A stretch of DNA of 64,000 bases, from NCBI GenBank assembly GCA_964620905.1, contig CAZUKA010000001.1, forward strand, positions 647,646 to 711,645, written 5' to 3'. The stretch is from an uncultured Gammaproteobacteria bacterium (GTDB lineage: Bacteria > Patescibacteriota > Patescibacteriia > S139-126). Below, piece after piece: positions 58,501 through 64,000 of this stretch (its first letter is position 1; every line of letters begins with the position of its first letter). Below the pieces are notes generated by a model. It worked only from the letters and a program-made list of their open reading frames with translations, did no database searches and was not told the DNA's origin. A program made the position numbers and the translations under genes.

Positions 58501-58983
58501 ATGGAACTCTTTTTTATTTTAATAGCATTGGCTGTTATGGTGGTAGGGTTGGTTGGTATTATTGTACCGTTTGTGCCGGGATTGCCTTTGATGTATTTGA
58601 GTTATTTACTCTATGGTTTTGTTTCGGGCTGGGAAAAAGTCACACTTAGTTCAATTGTTTTATTTGGTATTATTACTCTGGCCAGTTTATTTATTGATAT
58701 CAGCGCTGGGGCATTGGGCGCTAAAAAATATGGCGCTTCAAAATCAGGATTTTGGGGAGCAATTCTGGGAGTGCTATTTGGTTCGGTAATCTTTGGTTTT
58801 TTTGGTTTATTTATTGGACCAATTTTAGGTGCTTTTATTGGAGAATTGATTGATGGTAAACCTCATCCATTAGCTGCGCGAGCTACCTGGGGGACGGTGG
58901 TGGGTTTACTGGCAGGTTCCTTTGTAAAATTAATCGTCGGTGTTTGTTTAGTGGGGGTTTTTTTATGGCAAGTTATTAGTTGA
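58501..58983 (+). CDS. DUF456-like small membrane protein
   Basis: Four TM helices, Gly-rich. Confidence 0.45.
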   Translation: MELFFILIALAVMVVGLVGIIVPFVPGLPLMYLSYLLYGFVSGWEKVTLSSIVLFGIITLASLFIDISAGALGAKKYGASKSGFWGAILGVLFGSVIFGFFGLFIGPILGAFIGELIDGKPHPLAARATWGTVVGLLAGSFVKLIVGVCLVGVFLWQVIS

Positions 58984-58989
58984 GAAGCA

Positions 58990-61653
58990 ATGTTTTTAGA
59001 AAAATTACAACTCAATGGCTTTAAATCATTTGCGCAAAATGTAGAATTGAAATTTGTTCGCGGTATCACTGCAATTGTCGGTCCTAATGGTAGCGGTAAA
59101 TCAAATATTGCCGATGCTATAAGGTGGGTACTAGGTGAACAGTCAATCAAGTCAATACGGGGTAAAAAATCCGCGGATGTAATTTTTGCTGGATCTGACA
59201 AAAAAGCGCGCTTAGGCCTGGCGGAAGTGATGTTGTATTTCAACAATGAAGACAGCACCGCGCCAATTGACTATTCTGAATTGGTGATTGGGCGAAGATT
59301 TTATCGTTCCGGTGAAGGCGAATATTTAATCAACAACAACCGCACTCGTTTGACGGACATACAACTATTGATGGCCAAAGCCAATGTTGGTCATCGGACT
59401 TATTCAGTGATTGGACAAGGGCAAATCGATGCGGTCTTAGTGGCAACCCCTGCGGAAAGAAAGGATTTTTTTGATGAAGCTACTGGCGTCAAACAATATC
59501 AATTGAAAAGAGACCAAGCACTAAACAAATTAGAGCACGCTTTCGTCAACTTAAAACAGGGTAAATTGATGCTGCACGAAATGGAACCACATTTGAAGAT
59601 GTTGACTAAGCAAGTCAGAAGATTAGAACAGAAAGAATTAGTTGAAAAGGATTTATTGGTTTATCAAAATTATTTATATTACCATCGTTGGCACGAGAGC
59701 GAGCAAATACAAATTTCATTATCTGATCAAATTGTGGTTTTGGAAAAGGAGCTGTCAGTTTTGACTGTCAGAAGCGAATCATTAGCCACTGAGTTGCAGG
59801 CAGAGGGGCTTAATTCTTCTCGCGAAGATGAATATGCCAAGTTGCAAGAAAAATACGAAAAATTGCAAAAGCAAAGACAAGAATACCAGCGTCAGCTAGC
59901 TATTTTTGCTGGTCAAAAAGATCTAAAATTGGCTAGCCAAAAAGGTCATGATGCCGTTTGGGCCAGAAGAAAAATCCAAGAACTTGATGACAAAATCAAA
60001 ACAACTGATCAAAAATTAGTAGAGAAAGGAAAAAAATTAGAAGATCTAAAAAAGCAATTAGTACAAAAAATCGCACAACAAGCGGAGTTGGCAGCTAGCT
60101 TTAGTGATTTTGAGAAAAAAATTATGGCGGCTGGAAAAGTTGATAGTTTTGATCAAAAAATTAAACAACAGCTCAGTCAAATTTTGTTACAAATAAAAAA
60201 TTTAAAAAAACAGTGGCAAAACAAATCCACCATCAGTACCACCGAAGCGCTTGAAGCACTGGTTGTTTGGGAAGAACAGATTGATGTTTTGTTGCAAACC
60301 AGTTCATCTAGCTCTGACACAGAAAAATTCAAACAAACAATTGTTGATTTAAAAAATAGTTTACAACAAGCCAGTTTCAACCGTGACAACTTGGTAAATG
60401 AGATAGGTGAACTGCGCGCGGAGATTAGAGCCAGTGAGACTGATCTCAATCATTTACGTCAGCAATCGCAAGATTGGGCAGGAGAAAAAGATCAATTAAG
60501 TAGTCTGGCCGCATTTGGCGATCAGAAAACTGACGTATCGGCTGCGGAGGAAAAAGTACACACCCAACTTCAAGTTGCGACTGAACAGATTGATCAGATC
60601 AATTTATCTTTGAAGGATTTCAATAAAAAAGAACAAGCCAAAAAAGATGAACTTTTAAAAAAACAAGCTCACCTGCAAACTATTCAGCAATCTATTCAAC
60701 ATCACCAAAAAGAATTGAGCGATTTGACTGCGCAAAGAGCGCGCTTTGAAGCTAAAGAAGAAGATTTAGCTTTGGAAATACACCGAGAGCTAGGAAAATA
60801 TTTGGCCGAACTGGTAGATGATTGGAAAAAGCAGGTGCCAAGTTTAGAAATGGGGATGTCTGATGAGGAATTATTAGTAAAGATTGATCAGTTGAAAAAG
60901 AAACGGGAGATGATCGGTGGTATTGAACCGGAAGCAATCACGGAATATCAGCAGGTGCGGGAGAAATATGATTTTCTTACCACTCAAGTTGATGATTTGA
61001 CTTCAGCTTTGAATAAACTCAAAGACACTATTGTAGAGCTGGATGAAATTATTAGTCGTCAGTTTAGTGATAATTTCAAAAAAATTGGTGAATTGTTCAA
61101 TACCTATTTTCGCATGTTGTTTAGCGGTGGCCGAGCTGAGCTTGTGCTATTGGCAGGTGAAACAGACAAAACTGAAGACAGTTTGGATACTGAAGAAATT
61201 ACGGCGGCTGAAGAAAATATTGATCAGTTTGATAGAGAGCTATCTCAGGAAGAGGATGAATTGAAAAAGTTTTATCAAAGTAAAAAATTTATTCAAGGGA
61301 TTGATATCAAAGCTACTCCACCAGGAAAGAAAATGAAAGGTATTGCTATGTTGTCAGGAGGCGAACGAGCGCTCACTTCTATTGCTTTGATTTGTGCTAT
61401 GATCGCCAATAATCCCTCACCGTTTGTGGTGTTGGATGAAGTGGATGCGGCTTTGGATGAAGCAAACTCATTGCGTTTTGCTGAGATTGTGGCTGAACTG
61501 TCAAAACAAACCCAATTTGTCATTATCACTCACAACCGAGCGACTATGGAAAAGGCAGATATTTTGTACGGCGTGACTATGGGCGCAGATGGTGTGTCGG
61601 ATTTGTTGTCAGTGAAATTTGAGGAAGCGCAGGAATACGCGAATAGATATTAA
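58990..61653 (+). CDS. smc: SMC-family chromosome segregation ATPase, short (887 aa), no evident hinge domain
   Basis: N-terminal Walker A GPNGSGKSNI, C-terminal signature LSGGERALTSIAL and Walker B VVLDEVDAALD. The middle is continuous coiled coil with no globular hinge and no CxxC hook. Confidence 0.75.
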   Translation: MFLEKLQLNGFKSFAQNVELKFVRGITAIVGPNGSGKSNIADAIRWVLGEQSIKSIRGKKSADVIFAGSDKKARLGLAEVMLYFNNEDSTAPIDYSELVIGRRFYRSGEGEYLINNNRTRLTDIQLLMAKANVGHRTYSVIGQGQIDAVLVATPAERKDFFDEATGVKQYQLKRDQALNKLEHAFVNLKQGKLMLHEMEPHLKMLTKQVRRLEQKELVEKDLLVYQNYLYYHRWHESEQIQISLSDQIVVLEKELSVLTVRSESLATELQAEGLNSSREDEYAKLQEKYEKLQKQRQEYQRQLAIFAGQKDLKLASQKGHDAVWARRKIQELDDKIKTTDQKLVEKGKKLEDLKKQLVQKIAQQAELAASFSDFEKKIMAAGKVDSFDQKIKQQLSQILLQIKNLKKQWQNKSTISTTEALEALVVWEEQIDVLLQTSSSSSDTEKFKQTIVDLKNSLQQASFNRDNLVNEIGELRAEIRASETDLNHLRQQSQDWAGEKDQLSSLAAFGDQKTDVSAAEEKVHTQLQVATEQIDQINLSLKDFNKKEQAKKDELLKKQAHLQTIQQSIQHHQKELSDLTAQRARFEAKEEDLALEIHRELGKYLAELVDDWKKQVPSLEMGMSDEELLVKIDQLKKKREMIGGIEPEAITEYQQVREKYDFLTTQVDDLTSALNKLKDTIVELDEIISRQFSDNFKKIGELFNTYFRMLFSGGRAELVLLAGETDKTEDSLDTEEITAAEENIDQFDRELSQEEDELKKFYQSKKFIQGIDIKATPPGKKMKGIAMLSGGERALTSIALICAMIANNPSPFVVLDEVDAALDEANSLRFAEIVAELSKQTQFVIITHNRATMEKADILYGVTMGADGVSDLLSVKFEEAQEYANRY

Positions 61654-61875
61654 GATAGAATTATAGATCAATTTTTAAATTTTTAATTTTAAAAAAATTT
61701 AGATTTATTTAAAAATTCAAAAATTACAAAATTAAAAATTAATTTTCATTCCTTAGATTTAGGCTGGTCCTGACAAATTAAATAATACTTGACAATCAAT
61801 ATACATCTGTTTATACTATCTAACATTGACCGTCAAACTGCTCTCAAATTTTGACGATTAATTTTTTATAAAATT

Positions 61876-62262
61876 ATGTTAACCATTAGATTAAGTCGAG
61901 TTGGCAAGAAAAAACAATCAGAATACCGGCTGATCATCAATGAAAAAACCAAAGATCCTTGGGGGGACGTGTTGGAGTATTTGGGTTATTTCAATCCGCG
62001 TACCCAGCCACCCACTGTTAAATTGGAGGTGGAACGCATTAAATATTGGTTGTCTAAGGGTGCACAAGTTTCTGATACCGTGAAAAATATTTTGATAGAA
62101 CAAAAGATTATCAACGAGAAAAAATTAAAACCTCGGGGAATAAAAAATAAAAAAGCCGAAGCAAAACCCGAAGATAAAAATCAACCTGTCGAAGCTAAAT
62201 CAGACAAAAGTGATACCCCGAAGGATAATACTCCCGCTCCAGCCGAGACAGAAAAAAAATAA
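61876..62262 (+). CDS. rpsP: 30S ribosomal protein S16 with a Lys/Glu-rich C-terminal extension
   Basis: MLTIRLSRVGKKKQSEYRLII...GYFNP. Confidence 0.85.
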   Translation: MLTIRLSRVGKKKQSEYRLIINEKTKDPWGDVLEYLGYFNPRTQPPTVKLEVERIKYWLSKGAQVSDTVKNILIEQKIINEKKLKPRGIKNKKAEAKPEDKNQPVEAKSDKSDTPKDNTPAPAETEKK

Positions 62263-62274
62263 TTTTACTAAAAA

Positions 62275-62303
62275 AACACCGCCCAGTAAGGGCGGTGTTT
62301 TAA
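62275..62303. terminator. Bidirectional rho-independent terminator
   Basis: aacaccgcccagtaagggcggtgtt with T-runs on both strands. Confidence 0.6.
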
Positions 62304-62313
62304 ATATGTAAAT

Positions 62314-63858
62314 CTACCTACAAGGTTGTGTTTCTGTTGTATTACCACGCGGTTCCATCCATAGACAGTTATATGGTCTTGAACCACTACAATAAAGCGG
62401 ATTTCCATTGTTTAGATCTTCTCCACAAAATCCATCACCATTGGTGTAACAGATATTTGCCATTATTCCTTGATGTCCACAATCTGGAGCCGGACTATCT
62501 TTCCAACCAGGAGTTAGAAACTGATTACAACTGCTATAACATCCATTATAACAACCTTGGGGCGCATAACCACAACTGGCTATAGTTGTAAATTGTTTGG
62601 TAATACTAAGATCACAGTTATAGTCAAAACTGCCACCGCCACGTGGTATTTCACAAAAAACAGTTGAACCTTCATGGGCATATTGTGATCCCTCATCGCA
62701 ATCTTTTAATGATTCATTACCATTAAATATATAACGCCGAACAGCATAAACCGCAGTGGTTGGACCACAAATCTCTGCCGATAGAGTTGGTTGTGGTTTA
62801 AATAGTTTTACTACTCTTTGTAGAAGATTGTTAAAACCACCTCCACCACCTCCACCACAAGCTGGTTTTGTATCTTGAGCATAAATGGTTCCAATTTGAC
62901 CAGTGGGTGTATAGCCATCACCATCTGTATCACAATACCACATAGAGGTTTTTTTGATTTGGCCATTTTCCCAAATTGATATTTTTGACCCATCTTTTGC
63001 TGTTAAATCAATTTTTTTACCAGAATTAAATACAAAAGTACCATCAACAGTAAGTGTTCCACCACCACCTATAATTACATCACCTCTTTCAATACCATCA
63101 AGTTGTCCTACTGAGACAGTACAACTACCGATTTCTTCTAGCTTCCAAGCCCCATCCTTATAGTCTCCATTTATGGGTATGCCACACAAATCAGACCAAG
63201 CCAGAGTTAGGGTATTGGTGAGCCCGGCATTGTCTTCCACCACAAAAGTAGTTTTATAAGTGGTGTTGTGGGTATCATGTACTATCCAAGAATTTTCCCA
63301 TTTTTCTTTTTCCCCATCTTGAGCGCTCGCTTTGGAAAAAAATGATTTTTTTTCCGCAGCTATTTTTTGGCCATGTAATTTTTTGGCTTGTTTGGTTGAT
63401 AAAATTTCTAGAACACCGTTTTTTACAAGGTATTTATTTGGTATCATATCAAGATATGAAACTGAACCCACTTTGTTTAAAGGTAATTCTTTGATGCCAG
63501 TATCAGTTTCAATATGCGCTGTTACTTGTTTGATGCCAGCAGATGATTGGACTATTACCCTGAGCCACTGGGTATCTCCCACATGCACATCAGGTGGATC
63601 TATTTCTCCTTCTAGAAAAATAGGACCTTCGTTGGTTGCTGCTTGGGCGATAACAAAATTATATTTACCCAAAGGTAGATTCCACTGCTCGCCTTTTTTG
63701 TTGATAAAGGTTTTAAATTGTACAATTGGTAATTGGCTAGAAAAATCTTTTTGCATTAGCTTCATGGTTTGTATAGAGAAAACAAATATACTCAAACCCA
63801 AGCCAACAATTCCAATATATAAAGCTCCTAGAAAGTATTTTTCTCTGTTTATTTTCAT
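62314..63858 (-). CDS. Secreted Cys-rich protein with a poly-Gly linker (514 aa), hypothetical
   Basis: N-terminal signal/TM; beta-rich middle; a GGGGGGG tract; C-terminal ~130 aa with more than 20 Cys. Confidence 0.5.
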   Translation of the reverse strand: MKINREKYFLGALYIGIVGLGLSIFVFSIQTMKLMQKDFSSQLPIVQFKTFINKKGEQWNLPLGKYNFVIAQAATNEGPIFLEGEIDPPDVHVGDTQWLRVIVQSSAGIKQVTAHIETDTGIKELPLNKVGSVSYLDMIPNKYLVKNGVLEILSTKQAKKLHGQKIAAEKKSFFSKASAQDGEKEKWENSWIVHDTHNTTYKTTFVVEDNAGLTNTLTLAWSDLCGIPINGDYKDGAWKLEEIGSCTVSVGQLDGIERGDVIIGGGGTLTVDGTFVFNSGKKIDLTAKDGSKISIWENGQIKKTSMWYCDTDGDGYTPTGQIGTIYAQDTKPACGGGGGGGFNNLLQRVVKLFKPQPTLSAEICGPTTAVYAVRRYIFNGNESLKDCDEGSQYAHEGSTVFCEIPRGGGSFDYNCDLSITKQFTTIASCGYAPQGCYNGCYSSCNQFLTPGWKDSPAPDCGHQGIMANICYTNGDGFCGEDLNNGNPLYCSGSRPYNCLWMEPRGNTTETQPCR

Positions 63859-64000
63859 ATTTTTAGATTAATTTATGTGTTTATTATACCACAAAATTAA
63901 TTTTTCAAGGATTTATTAAGCCAATAAACCATCAGCTAACAAACTAAAACCTAGGACCGTCACCTGAACTTACTTGTCTTGCTTAGCGGTGATTTCAAGG

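Noticed and set aside
63900-64000. Possible structured RNA at the window end (ggtcctagg / cacctgaact segment)
   Set aside because: Too little sequence within the window and no recognisable family motif; cannot be supported.

Overview
Low-GC (~33%) bacterial chromosomal window with compact, overlapping genes and many SD-less starts. The gene set and style suggest a small-genome Patescibacteria/CPR-like organism; this is inference, not a database hit. The window spans the replication-origin neighbourhood: dnaA-dnaN on the minus strand, divergent from rpmH-rnpA-yidD-yidC on the plus strand. Housekeeping genes include hppA, nusA, valS, tsaE/tsaD, tig, nfo, yebC-ruvC, tyrS, a class A PBP, alr, trxA/trxB, gdh, rnhB-yraN, rpmF, rnc, smc, rpsP and six tRNAs. 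Accessory content is (i) a textbook T-box riboswitch on the minus strand whose only downstream gene is a 63-aa ORF; (ii) a weaker T-box-like leader upstream of valS; (iii) a family of paired-hairpin repeats (AAGCTAAGCTT / CGCTAAGCG), two copies of which bracket a 2.1-kb cassette of small membrane proteins plus a methyltransferase; (iv) a 21-nt direct repeat of the tRNA-Glu 3' end with a GC-rich structured insert; (v) three copies of a perfect 18-22 bp palindrome TTGTTCCACGTGGAACAA around alr, tRNA-Ala and NUDIX/CorC genes; (vi) an alpha-glucan cluster (glgA, GH57, three APH-like kinase domains, epimerase, second glgA, galT-like) with no glgC; (vii) a NusB-NUDIX fusion and a hinge-less 887-aa SMC. 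No CRISPR array, rRNA or recognisable transposase/integrase was seen.
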